Shown here one piece after another: positions 1-11,900 of a DNA stretch of 64,000 nt (position 1 is the first letter of the stretch; the number at the start of each line of letters is the position of its first letter). Location: positions 434,001 to 498,000 of the forward strand of contig NW_026515679.1 in the NCBI RefSeq assembly GCF_025526975.1. Direction: 5' to 3'. This stretch comes from Fimicolochytrium jonesii. Lineage: Eukaryota. Under the pieces are notes generated by a model. The model did not search any database, had not been told where the DNA came from, and was given only the letters and a program-made list of their open reading frames with translations. A program made the translations under genes and the position numbers.

Positions 1-3000
1 TCTCCTTCGTGTCACCGTATCCTCGGCCCGGCTGCCGACCTTATAGTCGAGATTCAGCTGTCCATCCCCGGATTCCAAAGTCACGATAACAGACGTGATC
101 TTCAGATCCATCCCTTCGCCAGGCGTAATCACACCCTCCAGGACCTTGGTCGTTCCAGGCTGGAAATTCAGAGCCGCCTGCTTCGTCCACACCTCCTCAT
201 TGTCTAGACCGGTCAGCTGGCAGTCCGTACAGTCTTGCCAAAGTACGGATCCCGTCGCCTGGTGTTCGCTGGCACCGGAGTCTACGATCACATGGTCGAA
301 GCGTGGGTCGGAGAAGGCGACGCGAATGCGCGCAAAGCGGACGGGGACCGGTGGCGATGTCGACGACGCAGCAATCAGGGATACCTGGAACGCTGCCGGT
401 GCACCCACGTACGTGCTGTGTTTCCGGAACTGGACAGTGCAGCGAAGGAACGACTCAATCTGATCCATATCAACTGCAACCCTGTTGCTCTTCCCAAGCG
501 TTTCTCCCTGCTGCAAGACCGAGAACAGCTCTTGAAGGACCGCTTCTCGCTCCGATGCCCCGGCTGGTCCCGGTGTAGAGATCCGGTCGCTCAGAAGCTC
601 GATAAGACACTCGGCAACGATTTCCCAACGTCCCAGCGTCCGGGCGCACTGTGCTGTGCGCCTCAATACGTCCTTCAGAATGCTAGGCCACTGGTCCTTC
701 CTGTATGTCTTGCCGATCCGCTCAAAGAACTTTAGAGCCATGTCGTACTTTCCGCTCATTTCATACACCCGAGCGATCTCGGAAGCAAGGAACAGTGTCA
801 TTCGACCTGCTCGGTGCTTCTTGAACTGCTCATACGACTTTGTGAGCAATTCAATAACAAGGGTTGCAAGATCCACGCCGTGTTGACTATTCGAAGAGTC
901 TGAAAAGTTGCTTGGGGGAGGTTGAAGCGATGGAGAGAACGGTGAAGTCAACGAGTCAGAAAACGAGCCTGTACGAGTCTGTGACATTCTGCGGACCGGC
1001 GCAGTAGCAGCCGAAGGAGGTGGAGGCGGCGCAGTCAGGGTGGCCGCCTCCGACTTCCCAAATGCATTCCACCGCTCCTCTGCGCAGGCGGCGGCCATGA
1101 AGTAGTAGTATCCAGCATGTTGAACAAGGATCGATGGATTTGTCGCGCTCATTGGGCCGAAATGTATTGGGGTATTGTCGGAGACGGACAGTGAGTTTAG
1201 GAGAGCGTAGGTTTGCGCAGAGTCCGCGGCGTTGACTGTGAGTGCTCCAGAGGGGGGAAATGGTAGTCGAAGTCCGGATTTGCCAGTTGCAAGCTCAATA
1301 AGCTCTCCAAAGATTCGATATCTGTTGAATTGTGCATCGCAGTGAGCTTCTCATTAGCTTCCTAAGATGGGAAGGAAATACGTACTGAATGGCAGCCCAG
1401 GTCCAAAACTCCAGTGAGCCACCTGCCACCATTGCCCTCAGTCGTGCAGTGCTCGGTGATATGGGCCGTGTACCGAGTGTCGGTGGGCCAATGAACTCCG
1501 GAAAGCTTCTGCAATTTCCAATATGCCGCTCCATCTGCTTCCAAGCCGGGATAGGTCTGTTCGAATATAGCTGCAGCTTGCACATCTGACGGGCATTGGC
1601 CAACGTCAGTCCCATGTCTCATCTAGCGCCACCGAAAGATCCTTCACCTTCAGACTCAGACAGTCGAGCAACGTCCTAGCTTCCGTCCAGCGTGCACTAT
1701 GAGGTTGCAGGAACTCGTTCCCAAACACGAGCCCACCTGATGCCACACTTGCATTCATAAGCTCTATCAGTAGCTGGTATGTTGTGTCATAGTGCCTGTT
1801 ATAATACGTCAATGGTACGCTCAATGATGGAGACCTGCAATGCATGTTTACATACTTCAACGCATTCTCGACATCTTGGCGGAACTCGGCAAATACCCCT
1901 AACTTGAACTCATATCGCAAGTGCCATCCCGCAGGTGGCAGCGGTTTCGACTGCGACCCTTGAGCCACCGGGCTCAGCGATCCAGTGCTGCTAGACGCAA
2001 AGTTCGACCGGTTTGCCGAAATGGGAGGCAGTTTTGCCTTTTTCTTCCGCACTCTCTTGTCGTGATCTCGGTAATAGCTCGCAGCCTGGTCCGTCAAAGC
2101 CTTTTGCAAACTGCTCCCTTCAGTAAATGCCTGTAAGACAATATGATGGCTACGCGAAAAGCTTGACTCACGTTGAGACAAAAGCTTGTGGATCTGCCGA
2201 TCTGGCATGTAGAACGAAGAAAGACGAGCGCTGGTCTAGACTGCATGTCCGCCGTATGAAGGACAAACGATCCTCCACATGCGAGTCATCTGATGGAAGT
2301 GTCAGGGTTGTGGCACGAAAAGAGTGGCCATATCCAACATAAGAAGAAAGTATTACTCACCAAGTGCACTGGTGTTGAGAATAATCGTCACGGCAAAGCG
2401 GATCCCTCTCTCTCCTGCGTTCCGTCTGAACATTCCTGGTTTAACGTCTCTTCCCACGGACACCGCCCTCCGCATCCTGCCCAAACCTACTTCTTCTCCG
2501 TGATCTCCGAACAAAGCAACAGATCCTTCTCCCTCTCGAGACTCAGTGCTTGCTGGGCTCCCAACGGATCCTGTGAGTCGATCGCTCCCTGCCGTTCCCA
2601 GAGCTCATAAAACGCGACAACAACGGATGGGCGAGTCTCCTTATGTCGTTGCACCCAACTTGGGTGCATTATCCCTTCTGGATAGAGCAGCGAGTCGGGC
2701 GTGAGGGGTGATAAAGGAGAATGCTGCTGGGGAACTGGCGGGCGGACAGGCTTGCGTGGTGGGAAGACATGTGTCTTTGGGGGAAGGTCCATTAGTAAAG
2801 GGGTTTCTATCAGGTTTCGCTCTGATTCCCACTCGTCCGCTCAATAGACGCCAGGGCTCCATCAGCCGGCAATCTGACACCTCACATCAACTATGCCAAA
2901 CCTCGAGCAACGTTCGCGTTCCGGCGGCCCGCCGTCCTACGGTCCAAGATGATGCCCGACCGTGGGGGATTTTCGACGCGATGGAAGGGCCCAAGATACC

Positions 3001-3327
3001 ACACACCGAGTCCAACGTATTCCCACGCTCCATTTCGCCTCCATTGGTGTCTCCGTATGTCTTCATTCCCGACAAGCCTTCGTACTCAACCCTCACCTTG
3101 TCTAAAACAGTAACATGGAAGAAGGCTGCATCCTTCTTTGCCGCAGCATCCCAGATGCTGGTGTTATTTCTCGCCATAAGGGTCGATAGCAGCGAGTTCT
3201 TCAGGTTACCGCCTGTCCTTGGGTCCTGTGGTGTCTGAGTGTCGGAAGCTGGATGATCTTCCAGTAGACCCAGCACGGCCATGAGCGGCATGTGATGGAG
3301 GACATATTCGAGCGGGTATGACTCCAT
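1..3327 (-). CDS. TRAPPC11: Trafficking protein particle complex subunit 11 (Foie gras/Gryzun family), multi-exon, 3' end runs off the window
   Basis: N-terminus MESYPLEYVLHHMPLMAVLGL. Downstream exons encode SPLSPLTPDSLLYPEGIMHPSWVQRH..PSVVVAFYELW, ASYYRDHDKRVRKKK, GWHLRYEFKLGVFAEFRQD and HAGYYYFMAA, motifs typical of fungal TRAPPC11. Exons are joined by GT-AG introns (e.g. about 3096-2775). Confidence 0.88.
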
Positions 3328-3866
3328 GTTAGTCGACTCTACTGCACTGTGGTATCGCCGCTTGGAACGAAGAGCCTATTAAGATTCTCACTCTGTCGAA
3401 GTCTTTCGAGCGAAGGTTACCTTTCCTGGGATGTCGCCTGGAGGACTGGAGGACGAGGAACGGCAATGTCACGGCATTATGATGTTGCAATACTGCGGGG
3501 AAACTGTTTTTGAGCAGCACTAGAGAGTTGCGCCGAACAGTTACGCCACAGCTGCGAGCACATGGTAAGAAACCGACTCCAGACTCGGGAGATAACGGAG
3601 CCGAACAGGAGATGGGAGGGAGGAGCGTCATCGCGAATGGATTCCACCCGCTTCACTCTTCATCAATTGAGTCACAATCAGCGCGTTCACCTTGTCCGTC
3701 CCTTTTGCCCCCCCCCGAAAAGGCAACCCCACGTCCAGAAGTAGCCCCATTTTCCCGTCTCTCGCATACACACTCTGTATCTTGAAAGCAGTACGATACG
3801 TAGATTGGTAGCAGTAACCTCTCGCCACTTCCTGAGGGACGACATACGTTCAACTGCAAAACAGCA

Positions 3867-4622
3867 ATGCCCACCCCTCTCATCTTATCCTCAGCCGGAG
3901 TGGCGGCCGGTGCAGCAATGGTTGCAGTATACCATAGACGCCAGAGTTTTTCCAGCCAACAGCAAACCTCTCAGAGCGACGCAAGCTCAACCTCACAACC
4001 AGCCGACTCAAAAGCCACCATCAAACCCTTACCGATACCAAACGCCCGCTCCCCATTCTCATTCGGGACCCACTCAACGACGCCGCCACGGTCAATGTCC
4101 ATCTCATCCTCGTTATCCTCAAACCACTCCTACCTGCCAGACTCACCTCCTTCACTCTCCGGATCTGTACCGTCTGGACAGCCTTTACCGACGCCACCAC
4201 CTTCCTCTTCCTTCCTCTCATCGTCTCCACTGGCCTCGCTTGCCCTCTTGGCGAAAAGCGCACCTGTCGGTGGCGGTGGCGGCGGCACGGGGACGGCGGG
4301 CGCCTGGGGTGGGCGGATACCTGGTAGCGGCAGGAGAGACACCGTAGACAATCCTCGTCCTGGGAAAGATATCAGGGAGGAGGAGGAACTGGGCTCGGGA
4401 AGTAGGCAGTGTGTAGGTCTGGGGAGCGAGCTTGGCGCGAGCGGGGATGTGAAGGTGCGGTCGCATAGCTTCTCTGGTGTCGTTGACCAGGCGCCAGCTG
4501 CGGTGATCGGTCCTGGGATGGCTGCGACGGAAGGCACCAGGTTTGCGATGGCAAAGGGAGGCTCGAACATCAAGGGCCCTGACACAGCGAATGCAGAGTT
4601 CTGGAAGGAGACATTCTTCTGA
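3867..4622 (+). CDS. Hypothetical Ser/Pro/Gly-rich protein with N-terminal hydrophobic anchor
   Basis: 251-aa ATG-initiated ORF divergent from TRAPPC11. It starts with the hydrophobic MPTPLILSSAGVAAGAAMVAVY and is followed by an AT-rich 3' region. It is low complexity with no recognisable domain. Confidence 0.45.
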   Translation: MPTPLILSSAGVAAGAAMVAVYHRRQSFSSQQQTSQSDASSTSQPADSKATIKPLPIPNARSPFSFGTHSTTPPRSMSISSSLSSNHSYLPDSPPSLSGSVPSGQPLPTPPPSSSFLSSSPLASLALLAKSAPVGGGGGGTGTAGAWGGRIPGSGRRDTVDNPRPGKDIREEEELGSGSRQCVGLGSELGASGDVKVRSHSFSGVVDQAPAAVIGPGMAATEGTRFAMAKGGSNIKGPDTANAEFWKETFF

Positions 4623-5048
4623 TCATTCCCTTTGGGGTTTTAGTCAGATCGTAGTACTAGCACGACCTCATTTTTCAGTTTTTTGGTGCTTCTCATGTCA
4701 GGAGTTTCATAATGGGTTTCCGTTTTCGTTCAGAACGAGAGGCCTCGTTTCCACACCGATTTTCACTTCCATTTCTTCGTGTATATAATGCTTTTTCTCT
4801 TGAGCCATGCTCATCGTATCTTGTCAATAATATCTGGTAAAGACTTGCTTGCAGACAAATGAAAATGTCCAGACTCTAACGAGTTTTTCTATGAAAAATA
4901 TGTATATATGCACACGACGGTTCCCCAACAAAGCGTCGGGTAAAGGCTCAGAAAGTGTTTAACAGAAAGAGTGCGAGACAACACAACGGAAGTGAGAAGG
5001 GAGAAAGTATGGACGCGCTCAACATATGGCCAAAGCGGGTCTAGCATC

Positions 5049-8000
5049 TCAAGCATCCCTTAACCTCCTAAACTCATCCGCCGCCTTCTCCAACGCAGCA
5101 ATCTCCGCCTGCAGCCCTTTAATCTTTGCATCATTCGAGTCCTTGATCTCCTGCCTGACGCGCTCCTCGTACCCATCCACTGTCGTCTTTTTGATCCATG
5201 AGGCGAGGTTGTCTCGGACTTTGTCGACTTTTGAGGCGATTTTGAGCAATTCCGCGTCAAAGTCCACGAAGCCCTGTTGATGTAAGGGAAAGATGGTCAG
5301 CTATTGGAAGATATGGAAGATGAGGGGAGTAAGACTGGAACGTACCTTGACGAGGAGGTAGACGTTGACTTCTTCGGAAACGTTATTGATGGCGCATCCG
5401 GCGGGCACAGTCTCGTTGGCTCCCAGGACCTTGAACGCGCCACAGCCCTTCAGCATGGACTTGACGATGGGGATTTGTGACTCTAACAGTTGGCGTGTCT
5501 CGTATGTCGATGCGGTCAACAAAACTGTGGAAGAAAAGCACGTGTGAGAACCATTCACTTGTACACCTTTCCGCCCAGTCTCAGCTGTACATACCAGTAG
5601 CATCCTTGATGATATAGTCCGTCAACAAACTACGAGCAGCATGCACAACATGATTCACAAGATCCCAGTCCGCCTCGCTCTTCGCATTGTCCCACTCAGC
5701 CAGAGCCTCAGGGTATCGCGTAATCATGATACTCGGCACCTTGTCATCCGGCCGTCTCGGCAAACGCTGGTACAGCTCCTCAGTGACAAATGGCATGAAC
5801 GGGTGAAGCAGCTTGAGACCAGCCTCAAGACAGATGTAAAGCACATCCTTCGCAGAGTCGCTGGCGGCAGCGTCGGCGCCGTCGATGATGGGTTTCGTAG
5901 TTTCCAGGTAGACGTCGCAGAGCTCGTAGAGCCAGAACTGGTACAGCGCGTTGGTCGCTTGCATGAAGTTGTACTGGGCAAGGTTCTCGTTGGTCTTGCG
6001 GATGCACTGGTTGAGCTTTGCGAGGATCCACCTGTCCGCCAAAGACTCCTTGCCCGTGAGAGCAACGTCCTTGCGGGGCTTGTAGTCAGCACCCAGCTTC
6101 ATCAAGGCAAACCGGGTGGCGTTCCAGAGCTTGTTGCACCACTTGCGGTATCCCTCAACACGGCTAATGTCGAGGTTAATGTCCGATGCTCCGGACGTGT
6201 AGGCGAGGAGGGCGAACCGCATCGCGTCGGTTCCGCATTGGGGGATACCGGCTGGGAAATCGCGGGACTGGCCATCTTTGGCTTTTTCGACTTCGCGGGG
6301 GTCGAGGTTTCCGTCCTCGAGCCGTTTGTGGAGCTCTTCTAGGGAGATGCCATAGATGACGTCGATGGGGTCGATGACGTTGCCTAAACTCTTACTCATC
6401 TTGCGACCGTGTGCGTCACGGACCATGGAATGGCAGAAGACCTGCAAGCATAACGGTGTCAGCTGTGATTCCTCCAAGTCAAAAACATATCGCGAAAGGT
6501 CCTAACCTGCTTGAACGGAACGGTGCCCGTCAGCTTTATTCCCAACATCACCATCCTAGCAACCCAGAAGAACAGTATATCCTTTCCAGTTTCGAGCAGG
6601 TTGTGGGGGTAAAAGAGCTTGAGATCTTGTGTTTTCTCCGGCCAGCCCATAATAGAAAATGGCCAAAGCCCCGACGAGAACCATGTGTCGAGGACATCCT
6701 CGTCTTGCTCCAAGACAATATCGGCAGGTTTGACATCGGGGAACTTCTCCAGAGCCTTCTGCCGGGCCTCTTTCTCGTTGCGGCCAGACACCCAGTACTT
6801 CCCATCGATACGGTCGTTCTCTTGGTTCTGAATCTTGATGAAGTATGCAGGGATACGGTGGCCCCACCACAGTTGTCGCGAGATACACCAGTCCTCAATG
6901 TTCTCCAACCATCTGAACCACTCCTTCTCGGACGTTTGCGGAAGAATCTGCAGCTCTCCAGTCCTCACGACCTTCATAGCCTCTCCCGCCATATCCTTGC
7001 AGTTAACCCACCATTGCGGTTTCAGCATCGGCTCAACGATGTTGCCCGTACGCTCGGAGATGGGCAGAACCATCTTGTTGTCTTTCGTCTCGATGTACAA
7101 TCCTTTCTTCTTCAGCTCCTCCAAGACCGCAACCCTAGCGTCGAAGCGTTTGAGCCCGGTGAACGGCGCTCCCGCCTCGTTGATCTGCCCCTCATCCGTG
7201 AAGATGTTGATGAACTCGAGCTTCTGACGCTTTCCGACAGTGTAATCGTTGGGGTCGTGGGCGGGTGTGATTTTGACGGCACCGGTTCCGAATGCGGGGT
7301 CAACGTATTCATCGGCGACGATGGGGATGCGGCGGTTTTGGAATGGGTGGATTACGTACTTTCCGTGGAGGTGTTTGTAGCGCTCGTCGGTGGGGTGGAC
7401 GGCAATCGCTGTGTCTCCCAGCATCGTTTCCAAACGGGTGGTGGCGACAACGATCTGCTCGGTCGAGTTCTCGATCGGGTACGCGAACGAGATGATGACA
7501 CCAAACTCGTATTTCTTCTTTGGGTCGTGATCCGGAACAGTCATCAGCGTCCGGCCAGGCAACTCTTTCTGGTCTACTTCCAGGTTCGAAAGCGCAGTCT
7601 TTAGCTTCGTGTCCCAGTTGACAAGACGGTTGTCACGGTAGATGACACCATCCTCATGTAACCGGACGAACGCCTCGTTGACAGCCTTTACCATATTAGG
7701 GTCCATAGTGAACCTGACACGGTCCCAGTCCATCGAACTTCCAACTTTCCTCAATTGGCTGTAGATACGGGTGCCGTATGCCTCCTTCCACTTGAAAACC
7801 TCCTCCAAGAACTTCTCCCGTCCCAAATCATGCCGGGTGATTCCCCTCTCCTTGACCAACCGCTTCTCAACCACAACCTGCGTGGAGATACCGGCGTGAT
7901 CGCACCCCGGTACGAACAGGGTGGTCTTACCCTGCATTCGGTGCCATCGGGTAAGGGCATCCTGGATCGAGTTGGTCAGGGCATGTCCCAAATGAAGTGC

Positions 8001-8678
8001 GCCTGTGACGTTCGGTGGCGGGATTGGGATAGTGAATGTGCCCTCGGGGGCTGGTGCCCCGTCGACAAGCTGGGGTTTGAAGAATCCAGACTTTTCCCAC
8101 CATGCGTACCATGCTGCTTCGACAGCGATCGGGTTATACGCGGTGGGAATGTCGCCCTGCAACACCTTCTTCTCGCCTTCGGGTGTGTTGTCCACAAACT
8201 CGGGTTCGGGAACGGGCTCCGCTTTCACTTTCGTCGCCTTCTTCTTTTTTCCAGTAGCGTCGCTCGCAGCGGCGGCGGCTTGAGCAGCAGCCTGGGCAGC
8301 CAATTTCGCTTCTAGTTTGGCGGCCTTCGCTGCCTTCGCTGCCTTCTTCGCCTCCGCCTTCGCATCGTTCTTCGGGCCATTGGCGGACGCTCCGTTCGCA
8401 GTAACGGGCCCATCAGTTCCCACAACCTTCTCCTCTTTACCCTTCGTATCGACGGTCATTTTCGGTTTATGTTTGTCCGACGTCGAAGTCGAATATGTGT
8501 TCTTTGAGAGTGGAGACGAATTCCAAGGTGTGGCTTGTCGGTTCAAGTCGGTAGATCTAAGACCCGGACGAAGAAGGGCAACCCTCGCAAATGAAGTTGC
8601 TCGCCTCCTGAGTGAGTAGGTGTTCAGAAGAGGTCTTCCGTGGTGTGCAGGAGATGCGCCGAACAAAAGTGCTCTCAT
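5049..8678 (-). CDS. VAS1: Valyl-tRNA synthetase (probably both cytosolic and mitochondrial forms), multi-exon
   Basis: [13 protein letters not shown] (HIGH), [41 protein letters not shown] and [10 protein letters not shown] (KMSKS), plus the anticodon domain [13 protein letters not shown] and a C-terminal coiled-coil exon at 5049-5275. In-frame ATGs lie at 8678 and 8459. Confidence 0.97.
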
Positions 8679-8943
8679 CGACCTTGTAAAGCGCAAGCCG
8701 TCGACTTCATAAAACCGGCGAAGTCCACAAAAGTCCGCTCGATCGAAGTTGCGATTTCTGACGGGAATGACTCATGCTGGTCATGTGACCCCGTCCCTCA
8801 AGTGGATGATCCTTCGCATGATTCAGAAAACAAAACTCATGTACTATGCAGAATAACTTATGTGCAATATGATAAATGAACTGATGATGCTTGTATCGAT
8901 ACTTGTGCAATACTGCCTCGGCTCTCTAGGTGGCCCCGATCTA

Positions 8944-11900
8944 CTATCGCTTGATGCGCTTAGCAACGGTCTGCTTCATCTTCCCCTTCGCAAACTCCTC
9001 AGCCTTCCTCTTCCTTCCCCTCTTCTTGATCTCATTTTTCTGATTTCGTCGCTTTGCCCTTGCTTCAGGGTCAAGGACTGCCTGAATGGACCTCTGAGCG
9101 CGACGCTCCTGGCGGAGCCGTTGCACCCGTTGCTCGGTAGCACTGTAAAGCGTAACGTAAGCTTCTGTGCCAATGTGCTTCTGGAGAAGCTCAAGAACTT
9201 CAGAAGCGAGGAGACGAAGCTGATCTGCAATGATAAGGAAGGGATGGTAATGTGAGCTTTCGCGGATCATCATAAAAATGCATCAGATCATTCGGGTGAA
9301 CGCACCTGCTTGGGCTCCTCTAGAAGTGTCATCTTTTGAAGTATGATATAAGGCGGCCATAATTGGTGGTAAGTAAGTCCTGATGTGATCTTTTGGTATG
9401 TACTGTATCATGGCTGCAAACCATTGGAAAACACTTTGCCTCTGCAAATTGACGCAAGACATCAGGCACTCTCGTTTGAGATGAAATTACAGCGGTGAAG
9501 ATGTATCTTACCAACAACGGCCCTCGCTTCTTAGCAGCGTCGGTTCGAGCAAGGTAAGACAGGCGTCGACAAAGGGAAAGCAATGGTGACTTTGGCGCCT
9601 TGCTCTTGTCTTTCTGCGGAGTGTCGTCGCCATCTTCCTCAACCTCTTCCTCCGGTTCGTCTTCATCGTCCTCTACCGCATCCTCTGAAATCCCATTGAG
9701 GATTGGCTCTCCATTGGCCTCCCGTTGAAGATCCATATGCAGCATGCACTTGCCGATGAAGAACAAGTTTTTCACGACTTGCTTCGCTGCATCTGCGGTC
9801 AGAACGGCGGACTCGAGCTGCGCCGATACGTTGTTAACAAGCGACACCATCGTCGGTGTGTCAGCGAGCAAAAAGTGCCGCTGTACTGTTTTGCCCATCT
9901 CCGTCGTTACGACAGCTCCGGTCTCCGCGTTGATCGTCTCGAAAAGCATTCCCAGCAACCGACTGCAGACAGCTCGGACCCATTGGTGTGGGTACAGCAG
10001 GAGTGCCCGCACGTATTTCCAGATCTCTGTTGTCGTAGGAGAATGCTTGAATGCATTCGAAACGCTAACGACTTTGGAGAATGTCTTGAGGGAGTAGTAT
10101 GCGAGTTCCCAAGATGCGTCACCGTCGTCTTCCATCTCTTCATCGATGTAGGCGGCCTCCTCAAACCTGTCAACAACTGCACCCAAAACTGACTCGAGCT
10201 GACGATTCAAGGTCGGGATCCACTTCTTCTCCCGTTCACCAACAGCTTCAAGAACAAGACCAGCGACTTGAGCTGCGGTCCGTTGCATTTGCAGTTGCTG
10301 TCCCTGTCCGAACCAGGTGTCGACAAGCTGCAGAATCTTTGACGCACGATTCGAGTCCAGCCGTGTTAGAAGCTTCTTGATGAGCGTGCCGGAGTGCTCA
10401 CGACACTTCGATGATGCGTCGTTGACTAAACACATGACTAACGATAGAAAGAATAGCTCCGCAAACTCATTCAAGGCATCATCGCTGAGTTTGTCCGTGA
10501 GGCTGTCGAAAACCGCCAACACAGATTGTCGACCGGTCTCATGCTCATACGACAGATTTTTGACGAGGTAGGTGATTTGCTTCTTCAGCCTTCCAGGCCC
10601 ATGCGGGTAGTCGAGCAAGAACTGGATATACGCATGTCGACACAATTCTCGAATCTGTGAGCTCTGACTCGTGATCATGGTCTTCGAGACGACGTCCATA
10701 ACTTCGTACATCTCCTTGACGACAATCTTCCTGCTCAGAATGGCGCGGATGAGCGAGAAGGCTGTTCCTTGGCGATCGGTTTCCTGGTTTTCGAGATCGG
10801 GACGAACAATGCTGGCGGCTGCTACGAGCTGTTGTTCACTGATGGTCACATATTTGCAGTCACGGATGATCGTCGTGAGCAGTCGGAACGTTGCTTGCGT
10901 CAGCTCCTCACTGGTCGCATGCTTCTTGGTGAGGATGTCGAAAAGACGTCTGACTACAACGGGCATGCTCTCCTTCAACTTGGGTAGTGGCGAGTTTCCG
11001 ATCATCGTGAAAATTCGCAAGGAAGCAACGGTTGCCGACGTGTGCTTCGAGTATAATCCGCGTCCAAGGAGTGGCACTAACGGATCAAGCATCGACAAAT
11101 GCTGGGTGTTGCGCAGGCTGATTCTCTCCGATTTCAAAGCATTCAGCAGTAACGATAGACCAAAGTGAATGAATCTGAAAGCGTTCGCTTGGAAGGTTTT
11201 CAGTGTCTCCTGCGCTTGAGTACTCGGCCGCTTCAGATTAACCATGAAGTTCTTCTCTTGAACAGATCGTTCTTTCGCCGGCGCAGATGCCGGTTGTGAC
11301 AATGGGAAGTTCTCGGTGAGAAGGTCGTGCACGAAAATCATCAGATCATCAGGTCGTACTGCGGTGTTGTTGTTGATTCCAAGCGCAATCCTCTTCAGAA
11401 TGTCGTCGACTTTCCTCATGACCTGAGCGTTCGTGGTTTCGATCATGAAGCCCTTCAACGGTGTGAGCATCTTGATCGTCTTGTCAAACCCGACGACTTT
11501 GCTGATAAGTTCGAAAGAGTCGAAAGACTTCGTAGTCTTGATTTCTCGCATTTTCCCGCGAAGCTCCTGAACCTCCCTTTCTGCGCCTGCCTCACCGAAG
11601 ACATCGGCGGTGCACATACGGACCAGATCTTCTACGCAAATGTCGATTTCGCCCGGTTGCACGATCTTCACGAACTCCAACAGGATCGAGTGAATGGTGT
11701 ATCCGAGCACGTGTAACTGGTATCCACGGGTGAGGGCGCCTTCCAACTCCTTTAGCACAAAGGGAAGGTATGCGGGGCCGAGTGAGCAGGTGATTTTCAC
11801 CAAAGTATCTCGGGTCGTGTCTCTAGCTTCTTGTCCACGCAGTCGCAAAAAGTTACACAAGGTGGTGATCAGCTTTGCTAGCGGAGCTTGACGTGTCTTC

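Noticed and set aside
5641..8619. Plus-strand ORFs up to 397 aa opposite ValRS
   Set aside because: Antisense ORFs expected from the strong codon bias of a highly expressed gene.
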